Shown piece after piece: positions 1 to 11,225 of a DNA stretch of 32,980 nt. The notes under the pieces are model-generated. The model was not told the origin of the DNA, made no database searches, and was given only the letters and a program-made list of their open reading frames with translations. Location of the stretch: positions 1 through 32,980 of the IMG/VR virus record IMGVR_UViG_3300005298_000008; one strand, written 5' to 3'. Made by a program: the position numbers and the translations under genes. Every line of letters starts with the position of its first letter. The first letter of the stretch is position 1. The DNA is from a virus (taxonomy: Duplodnaviria > Caudoviricetes).

Positions 1-255
1 ATACCAAGAAACTAAACCTATTTTATCTATAGCCTGCTTTGTACAAACATATAAGGAATTAAAGTCTAAAAGCTCATCCTTGTAAGATACTAAAAAAGAT
101 TTAGCCTGCGCTAACCTTTTACTCCCGAACTTCCAAATACCAGTAAAGGGGTTTAAATAAAAAGGCTTTCTTTTAGCTAACATTAATAAGTCAAAATTCT
201 TACTTAAAGATGTTTTCGAATAACCGATCCAAAATAATGCTTTTGTAGAAAACAT
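1..255 (-). CDS. Hypothetical protein, 3'-truncated by window edge (MFSTKALFWIGYSKTSLSKNFDLL...)
   Basis: ATG at 255-253 overlaps the TAA of the upstream 2055-aa gene (TAATG coupling); frame open for 85 codons to the edge; not in ORF track. Confidence 0.7.
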   Translation of the reverse strand, partial: MFSTKALFWIGYSKTSLSKNFDLLMLAKRKPFYLNPFTGIWKFGSKRLAQAKSFLVSYKDELLDFNSLYVCTKQAIDKIGLVSWY

Positions 256-3200
256 TATTGCAGCTTTAACCTCCTAAATAACTCATTCAACCGGTTATGG
301 TAGTCTCCCAGGTCTAAAGTTCTTCTTATTACTGAACGGAAGAGTTTTACCCAAGAGGGCTCAGCTAAGTGTAAAAAGTCTCTTAATGTTTCTTCGTTTT
401 CTAGGTAGGAGATTAGCTCTTGGATCTCATCTACATTTCTTTGAATAGTATCTATGGATTTTGTGATATATTTAGATAGCTCATGTGTAGAGGTTATAAG
501 TGGAAGCATCGTTTTTCCTTGAGATAGCATTTTCAAACTGATCTCCTTACTTCTTATTTCTCCCATTTTCTTTTTGATGTTCCCTAAAATTTCCAACCGT
601 AGTTGATCGTAATCAATCTTGTTAATATTAATTCCAGCATAGGAAAGAATTCTTAAAAGGATGGGATCGTGATATTCTGGTCTTTGAAGTCCTAGAACTC
701 GTTTTAACATGATTGTAGGATTGAGAAAGGCATCTAAGGTGTTAACATCTAGGTTGCTTAAGAAGTAAACTGATGTGTAAATGAGATCTCTGTAAATATC
801 AGGAAGATATAGGGAGGTTAAGAGGTTAGAAAGACCAGTTAAAAAGTTTTTGAGTTCTTCGTGCTTTTCACTTTTTAGACCATAAATAAGCTTGTTTCTA
901 TCAAAGTATTGCTTACCGCTCCAAACATCCTTTCCCATTACAGTGAAAGCCAAGATTGACGTAAGGGGACTAGCCAAAATGCTTCTTCCTAACCCTATAG
1001 GAAGGTTAATTAGGTCAAAAGATCCTACAGTATCTCCTAAAATGCTTAAGTTTTCCCATTTAAGAGAGTAACCTTTCTTTTCTAAAAGCTCAGCTAATAT
1101 AATCGGAGTTAAGAAAAACATCGCAGTTTTTATCGGCCGCTCTTTAAAAGAGTTTATTGCCATCTTTAAACTTAAATAAGGGAAGGAGGCAAAGGGCATT
1201 ATTGTATCCCTTAAAACAGTAATTCCTTTAGGAATATCCAGATAATCGAAGGAATACATCCTCGCTCTCTCTAAATAATCCTGCTTAGAAAGTTTTACCC
1301 TTTCTCCGTTCTTATAAACTCCATTCTCCAAGTAATACTTATATAACCCAACTCTAACTGCATCATCAAACAAAGCATTAAGAAAAGATAGAAAATTGAT
1401 AACTTTTCCTTTGCTCCATAAGTCAAAAGTATTTATAATGAAGTTAACCGCTTTTTGGGTAGATGTTTTACCCTCTAACCTGTAAGAAGGTATCTCTTGG
1501 AAAAACGCCGCTACATTTCTTATATACCCAGAAGATGTTAACTCTTGATAGTATTTATCCTTGGAGAGAATGCTTTTAATTCCAGACCATAAAGCTTTCA
1601 TGCCGTTAACATAGGAACAATCAGCTCCTAAAGAAGCAGCAACCATATTTCCTATAATGTTTCTTACCATAACGGCAGAGTTAAATAATACATGAGCCAA
1701 CTTGAAAGGAAGATGCAAGGTCCTTATTAAAGATAAAATATTCTCTAAAGCATTAGGAAAAGAATGGGTAAACTGAATTACATCCTTGATTACCTCAAAG
1801 GCATCCTTATGTAGGTAAATATTCCCCTGAGGAACAAAAGTTTTAAACAAGCTTTTAACCTCTTCAGGAAGCTTACTGAATATTGTAGTTGTTTCAAAAG
1901 GAGTATACAAAAATGGAAACTTTTGAGCAAATTCTTTAGATACCAAAATTTTATACTCTTGATTTAAAGCTTTAAAGATATCATATTGAGCGATTAGGTT
2001 TATGGTTTTTGAAACTCCTGAGATAGTGGCGGCTACCGGGTTTAAGTTTAAAAGATAGAGTTTTTGAAGAGAGAAGTCTAAGTTTTCTCTGGGTATTAGA
2101 ATTTGAGCGTTAGCTAGTTGCGGACCAATTTTTCTTTTTGTATTGCTTATATACTTCGTTAAGTGGCTAATTAAGTCTTCAGGATGAAGCATTTCAGAAA
2201 GTAGTTTATTGACGGCGTTTAAAGTAGAGTTTAAGGTTTGCATATTGGCGTAATAGGTATCAAGGGGAGTAACCTTTACCTTAATGTTTATGGGAGAAAG
2301 GTATTGTATTTCAAACAAGGGAGGAAGCTTATTTTGAACTAAAGCGTGATTTATTAAAGTAGGAAGTAAGGGAAGTGGGGGAGGTTCCCAATCTTCTAGG
2401 GTCTCCGTAGGGAGGTTTTCGGCTAACTCTTTATAGGCTAAAATGTAGTTGTAACTTTCTTCAAAGAGGGTTTTTGCGAAGATCCGGTTATTTATAAGAG
2501 ACTTTTTGGTTTCTAGATTAAAGGTCTCGTAAAAGTATCTAACGTAGTTTTCGTAAGAAACATCAGCAGGAATTAGCCCACGGCTTAAAAGAGCTGCATA
2601 ACTTTTATTTAAGATCATTCTTAAGTTATCCACAAAAACCTTAGCTTCATCAGGTAAAGCTTTGTAAGCAAAACCGTTCGGGTTTTCTGTAGCCCTAAAG
2701 ATCCACATTCCCAAGAAGTTATTTAAGAGGATTTTAAACTTTATGGCATCATCAAAGTTCTTATAATGTTTACTTAAGAATTCTTCAATTGGTAGTAATG
2801 CGGCATCCTTAAGAAGCTGATCAAACTCCGGAAAGTCTTTAAGAGAATATATCGTTTCAACTTCATTTAGTAGTCGCTTAATATAAATATCCCAGGTAGA
2901 AGAAACCTTTTCGCTTCTTCCTACAGAGCCGGTTTTTCCTATATCCTCAAACAGGTTTTTCATGGTTGTAGGATCTAACTCTTTCGTAAAAACTTCAGAT
3001 AAGGTCTGGATTACCTTTGGATATTGCGCATCGTAAGTAGAGAGTAAATTGTTATACTCCCTTCTAATTCTTAAAACGTTTAGTATGATCTGCTTAATTT
3101 TGGTAGGGGTAAAGTGCATCGATGAAAGAAAGTTTCTGTATATAGAAGGAGGAATTTTAGACTTGACAAAGTCAAAGGTAAAAGCATCACGCAAGATCTC

Positions 3201-6200
3201 CGCTAAATCGTGTAAAGAAGTCGTTGGTGCTAAAGCGTCAATTTTACCACGTAAAATAGCTAAAGTGGTTTTTAAACTATCAAAGGCTTGGTATATCTTG
3301 TCTAAGTTTTTGCTTTCAATAGCTTTTTCTAAACCTTTAATCCTGGAAGAAAGTTCCTCTTGAGTGGTTTTGTAATAGTCAGTTTTGATATTTTTTATTA
3401 TATCAATCATTCCGAGTAATCGAGATTTTAAATTCGAAACAACCGAGCTTAGATCACTTAAGGTTTCAGGAGTTAACTTTGAGATGTTAGCTAAGGGAAA
3501 AGTGTTAAAAAATTCAGTCAAGTCAAAAAGTTCATACTTTAATTCTGCAAGTTTTCCTAAGGCGGGGGTTAGTTGGGGGATGATGCTTTCTGGGTCAGCT
3601 TTAACTAAGGCATCCTTCCAATTTTGAGGCAAAACTTCATATAGATGAGTTATTAAAAGATCTTCAGCTGAAACCTGGGCTCGTTGCTTCTTCAAGTTGG
3701 AAGAGATAACATCTTTGAAGGTGGGATAACTTGTTTTAAGATTGACCAGCCGCATAAACTCCACTGGGTCTTTATGAAAAGTTAACGTTAAGATCTCGGA
3801 AAAAAGCGGGTTTCTCTCATCTTTGGTTATCTCGGTTAAAATATTTTTCAGAAAAGTTGGATATATTATCGGATTTTCTAGAATTTTTTCTCCGTTTATA
3901 TCGGTCAAGTTAAAGAAGATGGCTAATTGTTCTTTGAGGGGGGTTATATTTTCTTTAAGTATGGTATCTTCTAGGAGCTTTTCTAGGTTTAACTGGTTTA
4001 AGGTTTTCTCTAAGTTTTTAAGTGTGCTGAGAGTTGAATTAACTGCAGAGGTAGCTATATCTTTAATGGGGCGTTTGGTGGAAGGTTTTAGATTGTCTAA
4101 GATCCTTTTTAGGGAGTTGAAAACTTCACTTGGCACTTTCTTTAAAGTTTCCGGGTCAAGATCTCGAAGAAAATTCCAAGTTGAAACATTTTCAATAACG
4201 TTTTTAAGATAAGAAGTAAGCTTAGGAAAGATTATCTTGAAGTTTAATTCGTTCAAGTCGGTAGATTTAAATAGTTCAGCTAAATATTTCTCTGGATTTA
4301 ATGCGGTTACATCCCTTGTAGCTAAAAAGTAAAGAGAGTTTATTAGCTCTCGAGTTTCATTGGTAAAGATCTCTTGAACGCTTTTTAACCCCTCAAAAAC
4401 CTTGGGGGAAAAATAAACCTCAAACCAATCTCCCGTTTTAAACTCCGTTAAAGTCTTTTCGTATATATCTTCAAACTTTTTAACAATTTCACTATCAGCA
4501 GAAAAGACCGTTTTTAAACTATCACGAAGCCTCTTAAAAACATTCTTAGGATGGTTTTCTATAATCCCCCTTATAAAACCAAGCTCCTCTAAACTCAACT
4601 CACTAGCAGAAGAATCAAGCTCCCTCAATAACGGAGTTAACTTCCCAGTTTTTATACTTTTTTCAAAAAGTGTAAACAATTCAGGATTTTTATTCTTTAT
4701 ACTGTTTATTAAGTCGGCGGCTTTTTCTTTTGTTTCTTCGATGGAGGTTTTTAAGTTTGTTAGGGTTTGGGAAAAGAGCGTTTGGAAGGTTTCTGTAGCT
4801 TCTTTAGTTTTTTGAGTAGCTTGACTTAAGAAGGTTATTATATTTTTTAAGTGAGGTGGAACTTGGCTTAGGTTTTCTGGGGTAGCTATTTTTTCGAATA
4901 AACTTAAGAGTTCTTCGGTAGATGCTTTGGGTGGATCAAATATTCCCAGCTTTAACTTATTTAAGACAGCCTGCTCATCTACAGTTAAATCGTTTTGGGT
5001 GGTACTTTTTATGATGTTTAGCGTTTCATCTTTAATTTCCTTTACTAGATTTCCAAACTCCTTTGGAATTAGAAAGTCTTCTTCCGGAGTTAAATTATAC
5101 CTGTTAACAACCTCTTTAGCCTCATAAAGCTTATATAAAGCTTTACTTAATTCTTTACCTATAGTTCTAGTGTAAACGGCGCTCGTTGTAACTCCTGTAG
5201 CTAAAGATAGCGCACTTAAACTTAAGTCGTTAACTCCCTGCGAAGATAACCAATCGCTTACCTTTTGAGTGATACTTTGAACTGTAATGTTAGCAATCTC
5301 TCTTTCGGTAAAATGCTTTAAAAAATCTACAACTGACCTTATCTTCCTCGAGGGAGAAAGAACCACTCCTGCCGCTTCTCCAATCATTGCATAAACATTA
5401 TAGGAAAAATCTATTCTGGGATCTACATTTCCACTTAAAATCGTTTTTATTGCTTGCTTTGTTAAAAATACATCTAGAGTGTTTGTGGGTAGATCTTGAG
5501 GTTTTTCTTCAGCTAAAATATTAAATTCATAAGTAAAGGAAGAGGGAACTCTTTCACGCAAAAACTCTTCCAACTCTTTAGGAGTTTCTCCTCTTTCGAT
5601 CTTTTTTATAATCTCCTCATCTTTTCCGTAGATCTCTAAAAACTCTCGTGCTAAATTAAAATATTCGTTGTAGATATCTTGTAAGCTTGAAGTGGTTAGT
5701 GAAGATAGGGTTAATGTTAAAGGTAGGGAAACGATTGGTGAAAGAAGGGCAGAAGCTGCCGTTGCCCCCATTTCAAGTATTCCACTAAATCCCATATTTA
5801 AAACATCTTTAAAACTAAGTTGAGTGTACTCATCATTTAGGATGTTTGTAAAAAGCTTTTTTTGAACTGGAGTTAGATCGGCTTCTTCTAAGTTAGGATA
5901 ATTTTTGCTAATATACTCTTTTAATAATGGAAGAAGCTCTTTGTTTTCAGATAGGGCTGATGTAAATAAAGCAAAGATATAGGGACGATCCTTTTCGGGG
6001 AACAAAAATACAGGACTAAACCAGTTTAAATTATCCTTAATCTCAGTAAGAGTTTGAATAACCTCTTCAGAAAAGTTTTCTTGTTTTAAATAGTTTACAA
6101 AGTCGTCAAATCTGTTTTTTACTTTATCTACAATATTAGCCAGCTTTAAAGTTTGGTTTATGCTTTCAAGCTTTTCTTGCGGTAAAGATAGGCTTAAAGA

Positions 6201-6422
6201 GGGGATATCTTCGAGTTTTGGTGTTTCTATTGTGAGTTTAGGGGTTTGTTCGAGAAACTCTGGAGTTTCTAGTTTTAGTTCTGGAGTTTCAATTGGTGAT
6301 GGGTAGTGAAAAAGGATTTCGTCAGAAAGGGTTGATGTATCTATTGGAATGTTTTCGGGGGTTAATGGAAGGGATTCCTCTTCAGATTCTTCATTCAGTA
6401 AGATAAGTTTTGGGTCTATCAT
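255..6422 (-). CDS. Very large internal virion / DNA-ejection protein (2055 aa)
   Basis: Last and largest gene of the post-tail block; helical L/K/E-rich; C-terminal 'FDYLDIPKGITVLRDTIMPFASFPY' resembles the motif seen in large podovirus internal/polyvalent proteins; GGGGGAG RBS. Confidence 0.6.
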   Translation of the reverse strand: MIDPKLILLNEESEEESLPLTPENIPIDTSTLSDEILFHYPSPIETPELKLETPEFLEQTPKLTIETPKLEDIPSLSLSLPQEKLESINQTLKLANIVDKVKNRFDDFVNYLKQENFSEEVIQTLTEIKDNLNWFSPVFLFPEKDRPYIFALFTSALSENKELLPLLKEYISKNYPNLEEADLTPVQKKLFTNILNDEYTQLSFKDVLNMGFSGILEMGATAASALLSPIVSLPLTLTLSSLTTSSLQDIYNEYFNLAREFLEIYGKDEEIIKKIERGETPKELEEFLRERVPSSFTYEFNILAEEKPQDLPTNTLDVFLTKQAIKTILSGNVDPRIDFSYNVYAMIGEAAGVVLSPSRKIRSVVDFLKHFTEREIANITVQSITQKVSDWLSSQGVNDLSLSALSLATGVTTSAVYTRTIGKELSKALYKLYEAKEVVNRYNLTPEEDFLIPKEFGNLVKEIKDETLNIIKSTTQNDLTVDEQAVLNKLKLGIFDPPKASTEELLSLFEKIATPENLSQVPPHLKNIITFLSQATQKTKEATETFQTLFSQTLTNLKTSIEETKEKAADLINSIKNKNPELFTLFEKSIKTGKLTPLLRELDSSASELSLEELGFIRGIIENHPKNVFKRLRDSLKTVFSADSEIVKKFEDIYEKTLTEFKTGDWFEVYFSPKVFEGLKSVQEIFTNETRELINSLYFLATRDVTALNPEKYLAELFKSTDLNELNFKIIFPKLTSYLKNVIENVSTWNFLRDLDPETLKKVPSEVFNSLKRILDNLKPSTKRPIKDIATSAVNSTLSTLKNLEKTLNQLNLEKLLEDTILKENITPLKEQLAIFFNLTDINGEKILENPIIYPTFLKNILTEITKDERNPLFSEILTLTFHKDPVEFMRLVNLKTSYPTFKDVISSNLKKQRAQVSAEDLLITHLYEVLPQNWKDALVKADPESIIPQLTPALGKLAELKYELFDLTEFFNTFPLANISKLTPETLSDLSSVVSNLKSRLLGMIDIIKNIKTDYYKTTQEELSSRIKGLEKAIESKNLDKIYQAFDSLKTTLAILRGKIDALAPTTSLHDLAEILRDAFTFDFVKSKIPPSIYRNFLSSMHFTPTKIKQIILNVLRIRREYNNLLSTYDAQYPKVIQTLSEVFTKELDPTTMKNLFEDIGKTGSVGRSEKVSSTWDIYIKRLLNEVETIYSLKDFPEFDQLLKDAALLPIEEFLSKHYKNFDDAIKFKILLNNFLGMWIFRATENPNGFAYKALPDEAKVFVDNLRMILNKSYAALLSRGLIPADVSYENYVRYFYETFNLETKKSLINNRIFAKTLFEESYNYILAYKELAENLPTETLEDWEPPPLPLLPTLINHALVQNKLPPLFEIQYLSPINIKVKVTPLDTYYANMQTLNSTLNAVNKLLSEMLHPEDLISHLTKYISNTKRKIGPQLANAQILIPRENLDFSLQKLYLLNLNPVAATISGVSKTINLIAQYDIFKALNQEYKILVSKEFAQKFPFLYTPFETTTIFSKLPEEVKSLFKTFVPQGNIYLHKDAFEVIKDVIQFTHSFPNALENILSLIRTLHLPFKLAHVLFNSAVMVRNIIGNMVAASLGADCSYVNGMKALWSGIKSILSKDKYYQELTSSGYIRNVAAFFQEIPSYRLEGKTSTQKAVNFIINTFDLWSKGKVINFLSFLNALFDDAVRVGLYKYYLENGVYKNGERVKLSKQDYLERARMYSFDYLDIPKGITVLRDTIMPFASFPYLSLKMAINSFKERPIKTAMFFLTPIILAELLEKKGYSLKWENLSILGDTVGSFDLINLPIGLGRSILASPLTSILAFTVMGKDVWSGKQYFDRNKLIYGLKSEKHEELKNFLTGLSNLLTSLYLPDIYRDLIYTSVYFLSNLDVNTLDAFLNPTIMLKRVLGLQRPEYHDPILLRILSYAGININKIDYDQLRLEILGNIKKKMGEIRSKEISLKMLSQGKTMLPLITSTHELSKYITKSIDTIQRNVDEIQELISYLENEETLRDFLHLAEPSWVKLFRSVIRRTLDLGDYHNRLNELFRRLKLQ

Positions 6423-6439
6423 TCAGTTATCTCCCCCCA

Positions 6440-8206
6440 TTAATGCCCGATAAATCTTTCAAGAGCTTTGCCCAACTCCTCAATACCCTTCTTTTCCTGT
6501 TTAGCGGGTACCGATAAAGGTTCTACCGTAGCCACTTTAAAGTTATTCAAAAGAAGCTCTACAATTTCTTTTGCCCTTTCCCTCGCATATTCTTCAGGAA
6601 TTCCCAGCTTTACATATTCATGTACCATAATCTCCTCTAAAGTAGTTCTTATAGAGGGATTAGCAAAAACTTTTAAGGCTTGAGGATCTTTGGCGGTTAC
6701 CTGATAAAGGAAGGTTTTTATGTTATCTAACACAGGAACTTCCCATAAGCTCAATATTTCCTTTATTCCATTTTGTCTGTTTTTAACTAACCTCTCAAGT
6801 TGCTCCGAACTAAGCTTTTCCTTGGAAGCCTTTTGATAAAGCTCCTTTAGCTTATCAGAAGGCAAAGAAGCTATCTGAAGCTCCATCTTTAATAGATCCC
6901 TAAAATAATTACCCACTTCAGAGTTTACAGTATTGTCTGCAATAGACTTAACTCCTCCTAAAACTGCTGCTAAAGTTTTATCTTGATCTTCTAGTTTTGA
7001 GAAAATCGGGGATCGTGCCAGTTCGGGTCTTAATTCTAACAAAACACTTAGTAATGTTTCATTTTCCTTAGGTATTTTACTGAGGATGCTGTTTCTTTCC
7101 TCTTTAGCTAAACTATGAAAAGCTGAAGAAAACCTTGAAGGGTTTTCTAAATAAAAGAGTTTCTCAGCTTGCTCTTTTAATATAGGCTTAGCTAAAGCTT
7201 CTTTTTCGGACAACTTAGCTCTTTCTTGTATTTCTTTCATTCGCAAAGAGTGCTGTAGATATTCAAGATATACATTTCTTTTAAGTCTTAAATCTTCTTC
7301 AACTTTTGTTCTAGCCAAATTAGCTGCTTGGTTTACTAAGTTTTGCCCGATATTACTACCTAAAAGTACCAACCTCTCCTCAGGAGGTAAATCCGTTAAG
7401 GCTTCAATTATATCAGAAGAGGTTTTAATCTTTTCCAGAAAGTGGGATAAAGCTTTTTTAACATCGTTTTCCGTTAATTGATTAGCAACTTCCTTTAAAA
7501 AGATAACCTTCTCTTTTTCTACATCATATTTTCTTGTTGCTAACTCCTTTAAGTCTTTAGCTACTTGTCTTAACTCTTCAACTCCTCCTAAGACTAAATT
7601 GGATGCTTTTAGTTGACTAGCGTAAGCTTTTTCTGCCCCTCCCTTTAAGGCTGCACCCAAAGCTAAGAAGGGCATTGCTCCAGCGTAACCCCCGGCCATC
7701 CCCCCTAAAGCCGCTAATAAACCTAAAACGGGGAGAAAGCTAGGCGGCTGATATTGCGGAGGATTGCTTATTACATCTTGGGTAGGGGCAACGCTTCTTT
7801 GAAGAAGGTTTTCAATCTCAGTTAACCTCTGCTGATACTTCGTCATCGCTAAAGGATCTACCGGGGTTACTTCAGAAACCGGAACTCCAAAACTACTTAA
7901 ATCTTTCCTTAAAGTTAAATCCATTAAGAATAAGGGATCTACCGTTTGCGTTTGAGAAAACTCTTTAGCTTTTTCAATATTTTCCGTAAAATACTTAGAA
8001 ATATCCTCCTGAGGAGGGGTAATTTTAAGATTAGTTAGACTTTGAGTTAAATTCTTTAACTCTTCTTGAGTTGTTTCATCTAAAGGCTCTCTGGACTTTA
8101 AAGGCTGATGCAAAAACTCCACAATCTCTTGAGGAGTTTTCTTTCCAGTATAAAGGTTTTTTAGCTGATCCAAAATATCGCTCAATACAAAACCTTCATC
8201 AACCAT
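6440..8206 (-). CDS. Putative internal virion/ejection protein
   Basis: Probable start ATG 8206 (MVDEG) after GGGGG RBS, which avoids overlap with the upstream gene; Gly/Ala hydrophobic segment 'LPVLGLLAALGGMAGGYAGAMPFLALGAALKGG' typical of ejection proteins; position. Confidence 0.55.
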   Translation of the reverse strand: MVDEGFVLSDILDQLKNLYTGKKTPQEIVEFLHQPLKSREPLDETTQEELKNLTQSLTNLKITPPQEDISKYFTENIEKAKEFSQTQTVDPLFLMDLTLRKDLSSFGVPVSEVTPVDPLAMTKYQQRLTEIENLLQRSVAPTQDVISNPPQYQPPSFLPVLGLLAALGGMAGGYAGAMPFLALGAALKGGAEKAYASQLKASNLVLGGVEELRQVAKDLKELATRKYDVEKEKVIFLKEVANQLTENDVKKALSHFLEKIKTSSDIIEALTDLPPEERLVLLGSNIGQNLVNQAANLARTKVEEDLRLKRNVYLEYLQHSLRMKEIQERAKLSEKEALAKPILKEQAEKLFYLENPSRFSSAFHSLAKEERNSILSKIPKENETLLSVLLELRPELARSPIFSKLEDQDKTLAAVLGGVKSIADNTVNSEVGNYFRDLLKMELQIASLPSDKLKELYQKASKEKLSSEQLERLVKNRQNGIKEILSLWEVPVLDNIKTFLYQVTAKDPQALKVFANPSIRTTLEEIMVHEYVKLGIPEEYARERAKEIVELLLNNFKVATVEPLSVPAKQEKKGIEELGKALERFIGH

Positions 8207-8222
8207 CGGAATTACCCCCAAA

Positions 8223-10568
8223 CTAACTAAAGATACTTGCAATAGCGTTAATTATTCCAGCCAATTCTTGACTTCGCTGTCTTCTTTTTGCAAGGTTTAT
8301 GTTTTCCTTTCCAAGATATAACTCAATTAAGCTTTGTAGAAAGTTAGAAGCCATTCCCCCGTAGGTTGAGAAAGCTTTTCTTAGGTTTTCCGGTAGTTCG
8401 CTCCACATTCCATATTGAGCTTGTAAGGCGGCTGTTTGAGATCCTAATCCTTCTGCAGCCATAGCCGAAAGCGTTCTTGCTGCAGTTAACAGGTTTTGTC
8501 CTGGTAAAAAGTATTGTGGGGCCATTGAGGCAAGCTGTGTTCCCGTAGACTGATACCCCTGAATAGTGTTAAGTAGTGTAGATGCTAAGTCTGAAGCTGT
8601 ACTTCTTCCTTGAGCGATTGCTTGTAAAGCTAAAGTGAGCGGCTCTATCGCTGTTGAAAGACTTCTTCTTGAAGCCTCTAAGAGAGAAGCCCCAACTTGA
8701 GGAGCCTGAAGAAGACCTAAAGCTGCCTCATACTGTTTAAACGGAGTTTCATACATTCTTTTAGCGTAATCTGCCATTATCTGGTATTGAGCTTGCCTTA
8801 ACTGCTCGGCAATAGCTTCTCCCAAGTCGGATAATGTACTTGCAGCCGTTCTAGAAGACAATATCCCTCTTCCCGCTAAAGTATCAACTAACTCTCGTTG
8901 TTTTTCCTCGTAATATCGGTTAAGAGCCTCTTCCACAGCTTGAGATTGGGTTTGTGCTAAGAGCTCTAACCATTGAGCTGTAGCAGGTGCTACCTGACCG
9001 GTAAGTACATTTTGATATGCGGAAGCTATTGTATTATAGATATCTTGGTATTGTTGCCATAAAGCGTTAGTTGCCTCCTGAGAGCTTATCGTAATTCCTT
9101 GAGCTAAAGCTTGTGCTTGATTATAAACATCGTTTGCGGCACGCAAAAGGTTTTGATATATCGGCTTCATCTCGTTTTGAGCCTGCAAATACATGCTGCC
9201 CGCAGTTTTTATAACGTTTTCTGCTTCTCCTAGTAAAGATGTAACCTTTTTCCCTGCCTCTTCTAACATTTTCGTAGCCTGTTGCCCCACTGACCAAGCC
9301 TCGTCAAACCTTCCCCCATATTTACTAATAACCTCTTGAAGTTGGTTAATTGTAGCTCTTTGCCCCGCTAAAGCTTGAGCTAAAGTTTGCTGATAGGCTG
9401 CTGATATCATCCCAGTTGGTTGTAAAAGTTGAGACATCCAAATAGCTACTTTTTGATAATCCGGTAATTTATTAAACTCTTCTTGAGTATAAGGTAAACC
9501 GGTCTGAGGATTAATTCCTAAATCTGGAAAAGGAGGTACCCAGGTAGAATAACTTGTAGAACTAGAAGGAACACCTCCCGGAGATGTAGTTGTAGTTTCT
9601 AGAGTTAAGTCTTTCAATCTAGGTTTTAAAAGAACTACATAAACTCCTCCGACCATTTCCACAGGCAACCCAGCAGCCTGTAACTTCTTTACCTGATCTT
9701 CTACACCAGCCATACCAGGATGCCCTAAAACTATGCGTTCTGTGCTATCCGTTACACTTAATCCCAAATTCTTTGCCTTCCGTAAATTTTCCTTCCATTG
9801 AGCATCCTGCATCTGAACTAATTGAGAAGGAAAAGTATATGTTAAATAAGTTTTACCATCATCCCCTTTGATAGTTTTTAATTCAAAACCATATTGCTGA
9901 ACTAACTGCTTAAAAGCTTCAGCTTGAGGACTAGAAGCATCTATTTTTATGCCCTCAGGGAAATTGGTAAGTTCAAGTAAACTTGACATCGTTATTGAGA
10001 AAGGATCAGTGCTTATAAGACCAGAAGGGTTAAGCATTTTTTCTAACTCACGCCGCAACTCAAACCATTTTTTCGCTAAATCGGTTCCGCTTAAAGTTAC
10101 CTTTGTCGTTTGAGAAGTTAGCCCCTCTAAATAAGCCTCAGGATTGGTCAACGCTGCCATAAAATCTACATTCCAAGAAGAAGTCTCCCCTATTTTCGGC
10201 GGCTTAGGGTACCCCTGCCACGGCGTAGGATAAAACCAAGGAGTTTCTTTTATTTTGTCTAAATATTCTTGAATTTTCTTTTCAAAATCAGATAATTCTT
10301 CAGGTTGTGAAGGGGGGTTTATAGGTTGGATTGGATTATTTATTCCGGGCGGAATATTTATTGGAGAAGGGCTTTGTGCGTAAATTGGGTTGTAGGCTTC
10401 ATCTGAGGTAAATCCTATGATATAAGAGGGGAACGGGTCGGATGCTTTTAGGGACCTTTGGGGGTCAGGTAGACCTATTGAGTTAAAAAAATTTTGAGAA
10501 TCTAGAATTTTTTTAGGAGAGGAGCTTTTAGCTACTTTGCTTATGGTAGATAATAGAGAACTGACCAT
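8223..10568 (-). CDS. Putative DNA-ejection/pilot protein, Gln/Ala-rich coiled coil (781 aa)
   Basis: Q/A-rich helical C-half; 'LAGRGILSS' motif common in podovirus injection proteins; amphipathic C-terminus. Confidence 0.55.
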   Translation of the reverse strand: MVSSLLSTISKVAKSSSPKKILDSQNFFNSIGLPDPQRSLKASDPFPSYIIGFTSDEAYNPIYAQSPSPINIPPGINNPIQPINPPSQPEELSDFEKKIQEYLDKIKETPWFYPTPWQGYPKPPKIGETSSWNVDFMAALTNPEAYLEGLTSQTTKVTLSGTDLAKKWFELRRELEKMLNPSGLISTDPFSITMSSLLELTNFPEGIKIDASSPQAEAFKQLVQQYGFELKTIKGDDGKTYLTYTFPSQLVQMQDAQWKENLRKAKNLGLSVTDSTERIVLGHPGMAGVEDQVKKLQAAGLPVEMVGGVYVVLLKPRLKDLTLETTTTSPGGVPSSSTSYSTWVPPFPDLGINPQTGLPYTQEEFNKLPDYQKVAIWMSQLLQPTGMISAAYQQTLAQALAGQRATINQLQEVISKYGGRFDEAWSVGQQATKMLEEAGKKVTSLLGEAENVIKTAGSMYLQAQNEMKPIYQNLLRAANDVYNQAQALAQGITISSQEATNALWQQYQDIYNTIASAYQNVLTGQVAPATAQWLELLAQTQSQAVEEALNRYYEEKQRELVDTLAGRGILSSRTAASTLSDLGEAIAEQLRQAQYQIMADYAKRMYETPFKQYEAALGLLQAPQVGASLLEASRRSLSTAIEPLTLALQAIAQGRSTASDLASTLLNTIQGYQSTGTQLASMAPQYFLPGQNLLTAARTLSAMAAEGLGSQTAALQAQYGMWSELPENLRKAFSTYGGMASNFLQSLIELYLGKENINLAKRRQRSQELAGIINAIASIFS

Positions 10569-10579
10569 TTTAATTCACC

Positions 10580-11212
10580 TTATTTTTGAGGTAATTTGTT
10601 GCTCATCATTAATGTGGATTGTAAGTTTTTAAGAAAAGATGCGCCGGTATTACTAAGAGCTTGTTGTAAAGATGAGGTAGGTATGGCAGAAGTTGGAGTG
10701 GTAGCGGGAGTAAGGTTCTGTTGCTGCGGCGTAACTGGTTGAGCTTTACTAACCGATGCCGAAACCGCTTCAGTTGTAGGAATAGTTTGTAATGTTTGTT
10801 TAATTTCGTCAAGTTTCTGTTTTAGTAAAGAACTTGTAATATCACTAATAATTCCCTGGGCAAGCTGTTGCTGGAATTTTTCTAGTACAGGATTAGCCGC
10901 AGCTTCCAAGGTTTGCGGTAAAGCTTCTCCTTGCCTTTGGAATAAGGGAATTTGCTGGAAGATCATCGTTAATAGGGCTTCCAAGGGATTAGTCTGGTAA
11001 GCGCTACTTTGAGGAGGAGTAACCCCTTCTTTTACACCACTAGCCATGTTTGTAACTAATTTAGGAGCGAACCTATCCCCCACTTCAACTGATCCAACTG
11101 ACGCAATTAAAGGATTTGTCTCTGTTCCCATAATACTAGGATATCCTCGAAAAGCATTTAATATTTTCAATAATCCAATTGGAGATAAAGTTAAATTGTT
11201 AGAATTCTGCAT
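10580..11212 (-). CDS. Putative small internal virion protein (210 aa, Q/T/S-rich)
   Basis: AGGAGG RBS; composition and position in the ejection block. Confidence 0.5.
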   Translation of the reverse strand: MQNSNNLTLSPIGLLKILNAFRGYPSIMGTETNPLIASVGSVEVGDRFAPKLVTNMASGVKEGVTPPQSSAYQTNPLEALLTMIFQQIPLFQRQGEALPQTLEAAANPVLEKFQQQLAQGIISDITSSLLKQKLDEIKQTLQTIPTTEAVSASVSKAQPVTPQQQNLTPATTPTSAIPTSSLQQALSNTGASFLKNLQSTLMMSNKLPQK

Positions 11213-11225
11213 ACTTTACCCTCCT

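Noticed and set aside
255-6422. N4-type virion RNA polymerase
   Set aside because: Much shorter than N4 vRNAP and no T7-like or double-psi-barrel catalytic motifs recognised
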